DNA from: Mariprofundaceae bacterium
GTDB lineage: Bacteria; Pseudomonadota; Zetaproteobacteria; Mariprofundales; Mariprofundaceae
DNA length: 64,000 bases
Direction: 5' to 3'
Assembly (NCBI GenBank): GCA_040326115.1
Contig: JBEQLD010000001.1
Span: 64-64,063 of the forward strand
In this document: one piece after another, positions 8,136 through 17,628 of the stretch
Layout of the letters: every line of letters begins with the position of its first letter
How positions within the stretch are numbered: position 1 is the stretch's first letter
Translations under genes and position numbers: made by a program
The notes under the pieces: model-generated
The model's database searches: none
Told to the model about the DNA's origin: nothing
The model's input: only the letters and a program-made list of their open reading frames with translations

Positions 8136-10475
8136 GTGTCAAGAGAGAATGTAAAGAAATTCAATTGGTCAGAAGCCAAAGGCCAGTCAGGCAAATCATC
8201 AGACAAGAGAGCTGATGATCATAAAGGTGCCGGGCGGAAAAAAGATAGCCAAAAGCCTTATGAAAACAGAATCGACAGTTCTCAGGTTGTCAGAACGCTT
8301 AAATCTTCATCCAAGGGCTCAGCCTCAATGCGCGACATCGAAAAGATGCTGAGAATCAAAGCGCCTGATCAGCGGCGTCAACTGAAACAGACCGTCTCAT
8401 CCATGTTGGAGCGCGGTGAGCTTCTTCAGCGTGGCAAGAATCTGATGGTATCAAATGAGTCACAGAAATCACATTCAGAGCGGCGGCCTGGTGGGCATCA
8501 TAAACGTGATTCCGGTTCGAGAGGTGCCCGGAGTTCCGGTCAGCGCAGTGCTGAAACATGCACAGGAAAACTCTCTGCCCATCCTGATGGTTTTGGTTTT
8601 GTTGCCGTACCTGGCAGAAAAGAGGATATCTTTCTTCCCCAACAGGAGATGAAAACCCTGATGCATGGAGACACAGTTGAGGTTCGTCCAGTCGCCTACA
8701 GAGGCCGCGAATCCGGTGAGCTCGTGAAGATTGTTGAAGAGGCTCATAACGTCATTACCGGTCAGTTTGTGATTCGGGGCGACGTTGGCATGGTGGAGCC
8801 ACGCTCCAGAAAGTTTTCACAGTCGATCCTGATTACCAAAAAAGATTCCAAAGGTGCCCATGACGGGGATTGGGTGCAGATAGAGATTGAACGCAGTTCC
8901 AGCCCTTTGCGAGGTAAGGTGTTACAAGGCTTGAATGATCTGTTCAAGCCCTCGAACCTGATTGATCTGATTATTGCCGAACAACATCTTCCCACGGATT
9001 TTCCTGATGACGTGATGGAAACAGCTAATGCGATGCCAACAAGTGTCTCCCAGCATGAGATCAAATCACGTAAAGACCTGCGTCATCTCTCGTTTGTAAC
9101 GATTGATGGTGAAGATGCGAAAGATTTTGATGATGCCATCTGTGTTTTGCCGCGTGGTGATGGATTTGAAGTCTGGGTGGCAATTGCGGATGTGGCCCAC
9201 TATGTGCGTCCGGGTACGGCTCTGGATGCGGAAGCTTATGAGCGCTCCACTTCCTTCTACTTCCCTGATCGGGTGATTCCAATGCTGCCCGAAGCACTCT
9301 CTAACGGATTGTGCTCACTACGTCCCAATGTAGATCGCCTGACCATGGCAGTGCGCATGCGTTTTGACTGTTATGGACGTGGCCGGGCTGCTCAGGTCTA
9401 TGATGCGGTGATTCATTCGCAGGCGCGTCTGACCTACACGCAGGTTGCTGCATGGTTAGAAGATGGCGATGCCGGAGACAAAGATTGCGGCCTTCAGAAG
9501 CCCGAAGTTCAGAATATGATTTCTGATGCAGCGCGTCTGTATCGCCTGCAGGAGAAAAACAGAGAGAAGCGCGGCGCGCTTGGTCTTGATCTTCCCGAAG
9601 TCGGGCCTGTGGTTAAAGATGATAAAATTGTGGCGCTGGAAGTGCGTGAGCGCAACGTGGCACACAAGTTAATTGAAGAGCTGATGCTCTCGGCCAACGT
9701 GGCAACTGCACTCTATTTTGAAGCTCACGACTCTGCCGTTCTCTATCGGGTACATCCGCAGCCGGAGCAGCAGTCCATTGATAAGGTGAATGATTTCCTT
9801 GCTCCATTTGGCTCAACAATCAGCAGCCATTCCCGCAACGGGGTTCGCCCTCTCGATATTCAGAAGGTACTGGAGCAGTCCGAAGGCAAGCCGTACGGAC
9901 ACGTGCTGCACCGTCTGATTCTTCGTTCCATGCAGCAGGCCAAGTACTCTCCCAATAACGAGGGTCATTTTGGTCTGGCTTATGAGAGCTACTGCCACTT
10001 TACCAGTCCTATCCGTAGATACGCCGATCTGACGGTACATCGCAGATTAAAAGCACTGATTAAGAAACAGGACCCCAACAAAGTGCAACCTGCCAACATG
10101 CTTGTTGCTGTGGGTGAGCATGTCTCCATTCAGGAGCGCAAGCAGGTGCGTTCAGAGTGGGATGTCGAGGCGATGCTTGGCGCGCTTTATCATGCAAAAG
10201 ATGCAGGCAAACAATTCAAAGCAATTGTATCGGGTATGACCAAGCGACGTGTGTTTGTCGAGATTGAATCTTCCCTCGCAGAAGCTTCCATTGCAGTTGA
10301 TGAGCTCGGCGGCATCTTTGTTCTGGATGAGAAAAACCATCGTCTGGTTGCCAAACATGGCGGGCTAACGATCAGCCTCGGTGATGAACTGGATGTTGAA
10401 ATTACATCCACAGATCCCGTGAGAGGAGTCATCAACATCTCACTGATTGCTCAGGAGAAACCACAGCCTCAATAA
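8136..10475 (+). CDS. rnr: Ribonuclease R (3'-5' exoribonuclease)
   Basis: Contains an N-terminal winged-helix region, cold-shock/OB (HPDGFGFV), the RNB catalytic domain (DGEDAKDFDDAI, HFGL, YCHFTSPIRRYADL) and a C-terminal S1 domain. The track start at 8100 is TTG inside the tRNA promoter region. I prefer the GTG at 8136, which is preceded by GGAG 7 nt upstream; no other start codon lies upstream of the conserved HTH region. Confidence 0.9.
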   Translation: MSRENVKKFNWSEAKGQSGKSSDKRADDHKGAGRKKDSQKPYENRIDSSQVVRTLKSSSKGSASMRDIEKMLRIKAPDQRRQLKQTVSSMLERGELLQRGKNLMVSNESQKSHSERRPGGHHKRDSGSRGARSSGQRSAETCTGKLSAHPDGFGFVAVPGRKEDIFLPQQEMKTLMHGDTVEVRPVAYRGRESGELVKIVEEAHNVITGQFVIRGDVGMVEPRSRKFSQSILITKKDSKGAHDGDWVQIEIERSSSPLRGKVLQGLNDLFKPSNLIDLIIAEQHLPTDFPDDVMETANAMPTSVSQHEIKSRKDLRHLSFVTIDGEDAKDFDDAICVLPRGDGFEVWVAIADVAHYVRPGTALDAEAYERSTSFYFPDRVIPMLPEALSNGLCSLRPNVDRLTMAVRMRFDCYGRGRAAQVYDAVIHSQARLTYTQVAAWLEDGDAGDKDCGLQKPEVQNMISDAARLYRLQEKNREKRGALGLDLPEVGPVVKDDKIVALEVRERNVAHKLIEELMLSANVATALYFEAHDSAVLYRVHPQPEQQSIDKVNDFLAPFGSTISSHSRNGVRPLDIQKVLEQSEGKPYGHVLHRLILRSMQQAKYSPNNEGHFGLAYESYCHFTSPIRRYADLTVHRRLKALIKKQDPNKVQPANMLVAVGEHVSIQERKQVRSEWDVEAMLGALYHAKDAGKQFKAIVSGMTKRRVFVEIESSLAEASIAVDELGGIFVLDEKNHRLVAKHGGLTISLGDELDVEITSTDPVRGVINISLIAQEKPQPQ

Positions 10476-10488
10476 AACCGATGAGTGC

Positions 10489-10519
10489 GAATGTCCGCTT
10501 TCGGCCAAAACGGACATTC
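10489..10519. repeat. Palindromic intergenic repeat, copy 1 of 6 (31 nt)
   Basis: GAATGTCCGCTTTCGGCCAAAACGGACATTC, 13 nt after the rnr stop. Consensus is GAATGTCCGCTTTTGGCCAAAAGCGGACATTC. Confidence 0.9.
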
Positions 10520-10554
10520 ATAACCTCGAGCAATAATCAAAAAGGAAACCCAAT

Positions 10555-11235
10555 ATGAAAATTCTCATTCTACTTACATCACACGATAAACTCGGAGATA
10601 CAGGAGAGAAAACCGGGTTTTGGCTTGAGGAGTTTGCTACTCCCTACTATGTGTTCAAGGATGCAAATGCAGACATTACACTCGCCTCCCCTAATGGAGG
10701 GCAGCCGCCTCTGGACCCTAAAAGTGATGAGCCTGATTTCCAAACAGAAGCAACCAAACGCTTCATGGGCGACGTCGACGCTCAAGCAGCATTAGCAAAT
10801 ACATTAAAACTATCAGATGTTTTATCTGAAAATTACGATGCGGTGTTTTATCCTGGTGGTCATGGGCCACTATGGGATTTGGCAGGAAATCGCAGCTCTA
10901 TAGCTTTGATTGAATCCATGTATGGCGCTGGAAAAGTGGTGGCTACAGTTTGCCATTCATCTGCCGTACTGCTCCACGCCAAAAACCAGGATGGCTCACC
11001 CCTTGTGAAAGGGAGGTCTGTGACAGGTTTTAGCAACACCGAAGAAGACGCTGTGCAACTTTCAGAGGTTGTACCTTTCCTGTTGGAAGACGAGTTGAAA
11101 GCAAAAGGGGCAAACTACTCAAAGGCCGACGATTGGCATCCATATGCAATTACTGACGGCAACCTGATAACAGGCCAAAACCCAGCATCATCTGAACTGG
11201 TAGCGAAGGCAGTGCTAAAGAGCGTCGTTAGCTAA
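10555..11235 (+). CDS. DJ-1/PfpI family type-1 glutamine amidotransferase-like protein
   Basis: 226 aa. It has the typical start MKILILLTSHDKLGDTGEKTGFWLEEFATPYY, the motif YDAVFYPGGHGPLWDL and a nucleophile-elbow Cys in VATVCHSSAVLL. Confidence 0.85.
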   Translation: MKILILLTSHDKLGDTGEKTGFWLEEFATPYYVFKDANADITLASPNGGQPPLDPKSDEPDFQTEATKRFMGDVDAQAALANTLKLSDVLSENYDAVFYPGGHGPLWDLAGNRSSIALIESMYGAGKVVATVCHSSAVLLHAKNQDGSPLVKGRSVTGFSNTEEDAVQLSEVVPFLLEDELKAKGANYSKADDWHPYAITDGNLITGQNPASSELVAKAVLKSVVS

Positions 11236-11256
11236 AACACTCATTGGGAAGAGGTC

Positions 11257-12696
11257 CTATTTTCTCCAGAACTCCGGAACGAGCAGTACAAAGAAGGTGA
11301 AGATTTCCAGACGGCCCAGAACCATGCCGAACATCAGGATGCCTTTAGCGGCGTCGGGGAGTGAGGCGTAGTTTGAGGCGGGGCCGACATCACCGAAACC
11401 GGGGCCGGTATTGGTGAGACATGCAGCCGTTGCTGATAGGGCAGTCATCATATCCACGCCTGTGATGGCGAGCAGAATCGCGATGACACTGTAGCAGACC
11501 ATATAGAGTACAAAGAAGCCCCACAGAGCCTGTACAACCGGACCGGTGACGCTGTGATCATTAATTTTTACCTGAATGATGGCATGGGGATGGATAAGCC
11601 TGCGAATTTCCCGCATGCCCTGTCTGAAGAGCAGCAAAACCCTGACCACTTTCATGCCGCCACCGGTGGAACCGGCACAGGCACCGACAAACATCGCAGC
11701 CAGTAGCAGTAGTCCTGTCCCCGGAGGCCAGATGGCATAGTTGCTGACCGCAAAGCCTGTCGTTGTTGCGATGGCAACCGTATTGAATATGACTTCACCG
11801 ATTGTGCCTGCTCCGGCGGTCAGTGTGATGGCGGCGATTAAAACAATCAGTGTGCTAACCCATTTTATATAGGTGCGGAACTCATCATCCTGAAAATAGG
11901 TTTTGAGTGAAAATCCGCGTTTCAGTGCTGCAAAGTGGAGTGTAAAATTCACACCGGCCATCAGCATGAAAACAATAATCAGAGAGCGGATGGTTTGTGA
12001 TTCGTAATAACCGATACTGGCATCGTGGGTGGAGAAGCCACCAATGGCGATGGTGGTCATGGCATGGTTGATGGCATCGAAGATAGTCATGCCGGCTAGC
12101 CAGAGCGAGAGGCCGGTGATGGCTGTCATGGCCAGATAGATATACCAGAGAACTTTGGCTGTCTCTGTAACACGGGAAGTCAGTTTGTCTTTAACAGGCC
12201 CCGGAGTTTCGGCGCGGAAGAGCTGCATGCCACCCACGCCGAGTAGCGGCATAACGGCCACAGCCAATACGATGATACCCATGCCGCCGAGCCACTCCTG
12301 CATGGAACGCCAGAAGAGGATAGAGGGGGGCAGGGTATCGAGCCCGCTGAGAATGGTGGCGCCGGTGGTGGTCAGTCCTGATGTTGATTCAAACAGGCCA
12401 TCGATAATGTTGTCACAGACGCCTGTGGTCCAGAAAGGTATGGCACCAAGCAGGGAGAGAATCACCCAGGCCAATGCAACAATCAGAAACCCGTCTTTAT
12501 GGCTTAATCGGGGAGGTGCAGACCCGGCAATGCGCATCATGGTCAGACCCAATGCGGACGTCAGGCAGCCGGCCAGAATGAAATGATCTGCATGTCCGGA
12601 TGCAAAATAGAGTGAAATGAAGGCAGGGGCCATCATGCCGCATCCAAACAGCGCGACCAGAATGCCCAGAGTCCAGATTACACCTCGTGGATGCAT
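11257..12696 (-). CDS. trkH: Trk-type potassium uptake protein TrkH
   Basis: 479 aa and polytopic, with repeated pore-loop-like motifs (TTTGATI, GGFSTHD, TTTGFAV, TNTGPGFG). It lies directly downstream of trkA. Confidence 0.9.
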   Translation of the reverse strand: MHPRGVIWTLGILVALFGCGMMAPAFISLYFASGHADHFILAGCLTSALGLTMMRIAGSAPPRLSHKDGFLIVALAWVILSLLGAIPFWTTGVCDNIIDGLFESTSGLTTTGATILSGLDTLPPSILFWRSMQEWLGGMGIIVLAVAVMPLLGVGGMQLFRAETPGPVKDKLTSRVTETAKVLWYIYLAMTAITGLSLWLAGMTIFDAINHAMTTIAIGGFSTHDASIGYYESQTIRSLIIVFMLMAGVNFTLHFAALKRGFSLKTYFQDDEFRTYIKWVSTLIVLIAAITLTAGAGTIGEVIFNTVAIATTTGFAVSNYAIWPPGTGLLLLAAMFVGACAGSTGGGMKVVRVLLLFRQGMREIRRLIHPHAIIQVKINDHSVTGPVVQALWGFFVLYMVCYSVIAILLAITGVDMMTALSATAACLTNTGPGFGDVGPASNYASLPDAAKGILMFGMVLGRLEIFTFFVLLVPEFWRK

Positions 12697-12719
12697 GGCC
12701 CAGTTTTATCCTTGTTCCA

Positions 12720-14090
12720 TTAAAAGAATTCCAGGTGAACTTCAAACAGCTTCTCTACAGCTCGTAATGAAGTCCCCTGTGTGACTAACAGTACATGGTC
12801 ATCTGCCTGAATCTTTGTGGTTCCATCCGGGATAATAACCTGATCATCACGGACAATGGCACCAATCACGGTGTTGGGGGGCAGAGTGAGGTCAATCAGT
12901 GGCTTGTTAAGAATGTTGGAGGTCTCCAGCGCAACCGCTTCCAATACTTCCAGTGTACCATCTCCAAGCGGAGACATGCCCAGAATCCTGCCTTTTCGAA
13001 CATGCCGCAAAATGGATGAGGCAGTGGTGAAGCGTGGAGATACCGTGACATCCAGTCCAATCTGACGAACCAGATCAGTATAAATGGCACGATTTACCAG
13101 TGTGACCACATGAGGGACATTGTATTTCTGAGCAATCAGACTGCCGAGGATGTTGGTTTCATCATCGTTGGTGAGAGCGAGAAAATCATCCATGCCTTCG
13201 ATGGCTTCCTCTTCGAGAAGGTCACGATCAAGCGCATCACCCTGGATGACAACGCTTTTATCAAGTTGCTCGGCCAGCCACTGGGCACGTTTTGGGTTGT
13301 GTTCAATCAGCTTGATGGAGACGCCCATGCGCTCCAGCTCCTGAGCAACAATAAAGCCGACATTACCACCGCCTACAATCATCACATTCCGATCTTTCTG
13401 CTCCGATGTCTCATAGCCAACATGTTCGAGGAATGTATCAACCTGTTCCCGAGCCATAGCAATATAAACACTGTCACCAGCCAACAGCACTGTATCGGCA
13501 GAAGGGACGCGCCATTTTCTGTTGTGCTCGTGAGCAACGATATAGGTGCTGATATTTTCCATGACTTCATCGAGTTCATTCAGGGCCAGCCCGGCGAGAA
13601 TGCCTTTGGGAGGTACCCGGAGCCCGAGGAGCTGAACCCGGCCATCTGCAAAGTCCTGTGCATCAACTGCGGAAGATACCTGGAAACGTTTTATAATCGA
13701 TTTTGCGGCTTCGCGTTCGGGTGAAATAATAAGATCGATAGGCAGTTCATCACGCCCAAACAGGCCTGTGCTGTTGACATAATCAGGCTCCCGGACACGG
13801 GCCATTTTTGTGGTCACTTTGAAAAGGGAGTGTGCCACCTGACAAGCCAGCATATTGGTCTCATCGTTGGTGGTTGCAGCAATAAGCAGCTCGGCATTTT
13901 CAGCGCCGGCCAGTCGAAGAACGCTCGGATGTGAGGCATGACCCAGGATGGTTCTGACATCCATGGTGTCTGCTACACGTTGTAGCCGTTCAGCGTCAGT
14001 ATCAACGACCACAACATCATTTCCTTCAGTTGCTAACCGTTGTGCAATGTGAAATCCAACTTCGCCAGCACCTAAAATTAAAATGTTCAT
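12720..14090 (-). CDS. trkA: Trk system potassium uptake protein TrkA (two RCK/NAD-binding modules)
   Basis: 456 aa. Two Rossmann motifs are present (MNILILGAGEVG and VMIVGGGNVG), each followed by an RCK_C-type region. The ATG overlaps the ntrX TAA (TAATG). Confidence 0.9.
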   Translation of the reverse strand: MNILILGAGEVGFHIAQRLATEGNDVVVVDTDAERLQRVADTMDVRTILGHASHPSVLRLAGAENAELLIAATTNDETNMLACQVAHSLFKVTTKMARVREPDYVNSTGLFGRDELPIDLIISPEREAAKSIIKRFQVSSAVDAQDFADGRVQLLGLRVPPKGILAGLALNELDEVMENISTYIVAHEHNRKWRVPSADTVLLAGDSVYIAMAREQVDTFLEHVGYETSEQKDRNVMIVGGGNVGFIVAQELERMGVSIKLIEHNPKRAQWLAEQLDKSVVIQGDALDRDLLEEEAIEGMDDFLALTNDDETNILGSLIAQKYNVPHVVTLVNRAIYTDLVRQIGLDVTVSPRFTTASSILRHVRKGRILGMSPLGDGTLEVLEAVALETSNILNKPLIDLTLPPNTVIGAIVRDDQVIIPDGTTKIQADDHVLLVTQGTSLRAVEKLFEVHLEFF

Positions 14091-15475
14091 TATTTTTTCT
14101 CCGGCGCGATGAGCCCAAAGCTTTTAATTTTTCTATGCAGTTGGCTTCGCTCCATACCGATGTCAGCAGATGTCTTGCTAATATTCCACTCATTTTGTTC
14201 CAGATAGTGTAGCAGATAACTGCGTTCAAATGCTTCACGAGCATTATGATAGCTGTGAGTGAAAGCATTGCTATCGAGATTTTGGCCTTCTTGTTGAACC
14301 GATACGGAAGATGAATCAAGTGCTGGCATGGTCTCAGGTGTGATTTCAATGCCTGGCTGAAGAATATGGCAACGCTCAATATAATTTCTCAGTTCCCGAA
14401 TATTTCCCGCCCACGGATAGACCTGCATGAGTGCGATTGCAGCTTCAGAAAACCTGACAGGATCACCGCCGAGCAGTTGGGCCTGCTCCGTAGCCAGTGT
14501 TTCAATGAGAATGGGAAGGTCTTCAATTCGATCACGAAGCGAAGGAAGGTGGATGGTCACCACATTCAGACGATAGTAAAAATCTTCCCGAAGTTTCCCT
14601 TCAGTTAAAAGCTTGTCAGGTTCATAGGAGCTGGCCCCGATGATGCGCATGTTCGCTGAAATGGGCTTTGGATTACCCAGACGCTGAATTTTTTTATCTT
14701 GCATGGATTTTAGGATTTTTGCCTGTATACCCAGGCTCAATTCACTAATTTCATCAATAAAAAGAGTGCCGTCATTGGCGGCTTCAAAACGGCCTCTCTG
14801 GGCATGAAGTGCGCCGGGAAATGCTCCTTTTTCATGGCCGAACAGCTCAGAATCCATCTGAGTCTCCTGAATGCTTGCGGTGTTGAGTTCGACAAAAGTT
14901 GCATCTGAACGCTTGGATTGAAGGTGAATTTGTTGAGCTGCAACAGCTTTCCCGGTCCCGTGTTCACCGAGAATGAGTACTGCGGCATCCGTTGCTGCAA
15001 CCCGCTTGATCAGCTTTTTAGCCTCTTCAATCGAATCACTTTGACCGACAAGCTGATGCCGGGTCTGCTGCTGGATATTCTGTTTCAGGTCTACGTTTTC
15101 CTGTTTAAGTTTACGTTTTTCCAGAGCGTTTCTAAGAATAATTAACAGGCGGTCGGAAGAGAGTGGCTTTTCAACAAAATCAAAGGCCCCCTCACGAGTG
15201 GCACGAACAGCCGTATCAATGGTTGCATGGCCTGACATGATAATAATGGGAACGGTTTCATCGATCTGCAAAATTCGGCTCATGGTTTCGAGGCCATCAA
15301 TTCCGGGCATCCAGATATCAAGCAGAATACAATCTGCCGGCTGTTTTCGAAAACGGGCGACAGCCTCTTCACCGGACGGGGCACAAGAGACAAGGTATCC
15401 CTCATCTTCAAAAAGCCCTTGCAGAGATTCTCTGATCGCCGGCTCATCATCAACGATCATAATTTGTGCGCTCAT
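14090..15475 (-). CDS. ntrX: NtrC-family (NtrX-like) response regulator: REC, AAA+ sigma54-interaction domain, Fis-type HTH
   Basis: REC domain (IMIVDDEP...DIWMPGIDG), Walker A GEHGTGK, Walker B LFIDEI, R-finger region NIRELRN and a C-terminal HTH (ISKTSADIGMERSQLHRKIK). The GAFTGA loop reads GAFPGA. The gene order ntrY-ntrX-trkA supports the name. Confidence 0.8.
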   Translation of the reverse strand: MSAQIMIVDDEPAIRESLQGLFEDEGYLVSCAPSGEEAVARFRKQPADCILLDIWMPGIDGLETMSRILQIDETVPIIIMSGHATIDTAVRATREGAFDFVEKPLSSDRLLIILRNALEKRKLKQENVDLKQNIQQQTRHQLVGQSDSIEEAKKLIKRVAATDAAVLILGEHGTGKAVAAQQIHLQSKRSDATFVELNTASIQETQMDSELFGHEKGAFPGALHAQRGRFEAANDGTLFIDEISELSLGIQAKILKSMQDKKIQRLGNPKPISANMRIIGASSYEPDKLLTEGKLREDFYYRLNVVTIHLPSLRDRIEDLPILIETLATEQAQLLGGDPVRFSEAAIALMQVYPWAGNIRELRNYIERCHILQPGIEITPETMPALDSSSVSVQQEGQNLDSNAFTHSYHNAREAFERSYLLHYLEQNEWNISKTSADIGMERSQLHRKIKSFGLIAPEKK

Positions 15476-17628
15476 GATTGCTCCATGCTGGTTTCTTCGG
15501 TGGGCAGGCGCAAGCAGAAGTGCGTCGGTTGTCTGTTGGAAACAAGCAGCAGCTCACCTTCATGTTCGTCTGCAATTCTTTTGGCAATAGCCAGTCCCAG
15601 ACCGGAGCCATCTTCTTTGGTGGAGAAATAGGCATCAAAGATATGAGATGCAGAATCATCCGGGATGCCTGAACCACCATCCTGAATATGGAATTCCACA
15701 ATATTGTCATCATGGCTGCCATAGAGATGGACGGGTGCTTTGCTCTCTTCAGTAGCTGCCAGAGCATTGTCCATGAGATTGATCAGAATTTGTCTGATCT
15801 GATCAGCATCACAATAACACTGAATATCATCAGTAAATGTCTCTACGTGAATGCGTGGGTAAGCACTGTAGAGCTCGCGCATGTCAGTCGTAAGTTCTCT
15901 GGCAGGTACAGCTGTTGGTTTGGGCTGAGGCATGCGCGCAAGGTCTGAGAAATCTCCGAGCAAACGCTGCAGACGTTCCACCTGGGTAATAATGGCATGT
16001 GTGCAGCTATCGAAAACATCCGTATCATCTGCTGTCTTTCTAAAGCGGCGTTGAAGACGTTCTGCGGCCAGCTTGATCGGTGTCAGCGGGTTCTTGATTT
16101 CGTGGGCGAGACGTTGAGCCACTTCTGCCCATGCACGGTGGCGTTGGGCCTCTGCAAGAGAGCTGACATCATCCAATACCATCAGGTAGCCAGAGAAACC
16201 GGCAGAGCCGGCACCACTAAGCCGGGCTCCCCGAGCAAGAATGTGAAGGTCCTGTTTGTTCACGGTTAGTTCCAATTCCCGCTGCAGGTGCTCTGCACTC
16301 TGATGTTGCAGCTCTTCATAAAATTCACCAACAAGATGAAGCCTGCCTTTACAAAGCGGGGTGATAGAACGGCCTGGCATCCAGTCGGTTGAGAGATGAA
16401 GCAGTTCACGCATGGCCTGATTCAGCAGGCGAATATTCCCTTTGGCATCAATCAGCAGTACACCGGCTTGCAGGTTGGCTAGCAGAGTTTCGAGTACATA
16501 CTGCCTCTGTCGACTGCTATCAAGTGCACCAGTCAGCTCTGCCTGGGTCTGCTCCAGTGCCTCTACGTTCTGTTTGAGGCGAAGGGTCATGCGATTGAAT
16601 GAGTGAACCAGAGAACCCAGTTCATCTTCAGGAGCAGAAGGGATGGATACGGTAAGGTCACCCTCGGTTACACGCTCAAGCGCATTTGCAAGTTCACCAA
16701 TGGGGGATGTGAGGCGCCTGGCAAAACCGACAGCAACAATGCCGGCAGCAATAATGATTGCCAGTGTGGCAATCAGCATGGCATGGGTGAAGGTACCACG
16801 GATCGATTGACGATTTCGTTCCAGCTCTTTGTATGACCGATAATCAGCTTCTACAGCTCTGGCGTTCTGGACTATCCCTTCAGGAAGTTTTACCTGGGCA
16901 CGCAATATGCCGACAACATTCTGATGGGCACGAAGCGGGGCATAGCCAACGGCCATCTCTTCACCTTTTGTGCTGACCAGTCTTGTTGAGATAAGTCCCA
17001 GTGTAAGTGCAGGTTTTGCTTCATCATCAAGAACCGCTGATTCAAGGCCCGGCAGGCCCTCCATCTGAACGTTGGCAACAAGACGTTCATTGAGATCAAA
17101 CACCTGAATGCTTTGCCAGCCTTCATGCTGCATAATTTCATGTAAACGCGTATTTAGCAGGGCGTAGCTTATAGGCAGGGTAGCTACATGGCTTAGAAGT
17201 TCATTGTCATTCATTGCCGCAGTAAGTCCCTGTTTGAGATCACTATCGACTCGGGCATAAAATCCCTGAGCAAGATTCAGGGCCTGATCCAGCAGGGTAT
17301 CAACACGAACATCGAACCAGACATCCATACCTCGCTCAACCATCTGATTGCCGGCAACCTGAAGAATGGCGGTAGGTATAAGCAGCATGCTAACCAGTGC
17401 AATCACCAGTTTGGCACGCAGCCTTGAGCCTGCACGGCGCTCTTTCTGCTCTCTTAAAATGCGCAGGCCGTACTTCAGGAGCGCCAGTGAAAGAATAATC
17501 AAAAGCGTCATGTTGATCCATGCAACGATTGAACCTTCTGAAGGCGTTCCAGTTGGCCAGAGCATGATAATCGTTGCCCAGAGAGCAGCGGTCATGATCA
17601 GTGGCAGAAAACGGATTATTCCGGTCAT
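15472..17628 (-). CDS. ntrY: NtrY-like sensor histidine kinase (N-terminal TM/periplasmic region, HAMP, PAS, HisKA, HATPase)
   Basis: 718 aa. H-box HEIKNPLTPI, N-box LINLMDNA, G-boxes DGGSGI and GSGLGLAI, and a HAMP-like segment after a TM helix. ATGA overlaps occur at both ends. Confidence 0.75.
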   Translation of the reverse strand: MTGIIRFLPLIMTAALWATIIMLWPTGTPSEGSIVAWINMTLLIILSLALLKYGLRILREQKERRAGSRLRAKLVIALVSMLLIPTAILQVAGNQMVERGMDVWFDVRVDTLLDQALNLAQGFYARVDSDLKQGLTAAMNDNELLSHVATLPISYALLNTRLHEIMQHEGWQSIQVFDLNERLVANVQMEGLPGLESAVLDDEAKPALTLGLISTRLVSTKGEEMAVGYAPLRAHQNVVGILRAQVKLPEGIVQNARAVEADYRSYKELERNRQSIRGTFTHAMLIATLAIIIAAGIVAVGFARRLTSPIGELANALERVTEGDLTVSIPSAPEDELGSLVHSFNRMTLRLKQNVEALEQTQAELTGALDSSRQRQYVLETLLANLQAGVLLIDAKGNIRLLNQAMRELLHLSTDWMPGRSITPLCKGRLHLVGEFYEELQHQSAEHLQRELELTVNKQDLHILARGARLSGAGSAGFSGYLMVLDDVSSLAEAQRHRAWAEVAQRLAHEIKNPLTPIKLAAERLQRRFRKTADDTDVFDSCTHAIITQVERLQRLLGDFSDLARMPQPKPTAVPARELTTDMRELYSAYPRIHVETFTDDIQCYCDADQIRQILINLMDNALAATEESKAPVHLYGSHDDNIVEFHIQDGGSGIPDDSASHIFDAYFSTKEDGSGLGLAIAKRIADEHEGELLLVSNRQPTHFCLRLPTEETSMEQS

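Noticed and set aside
13110-13724. A 204-aa plus-strand ORF.
   Set aside because: It is antisense to trkA, whose Rossmann and RCK motifs are unambiguous. The ORF has no motif and no ribosome-binding site.
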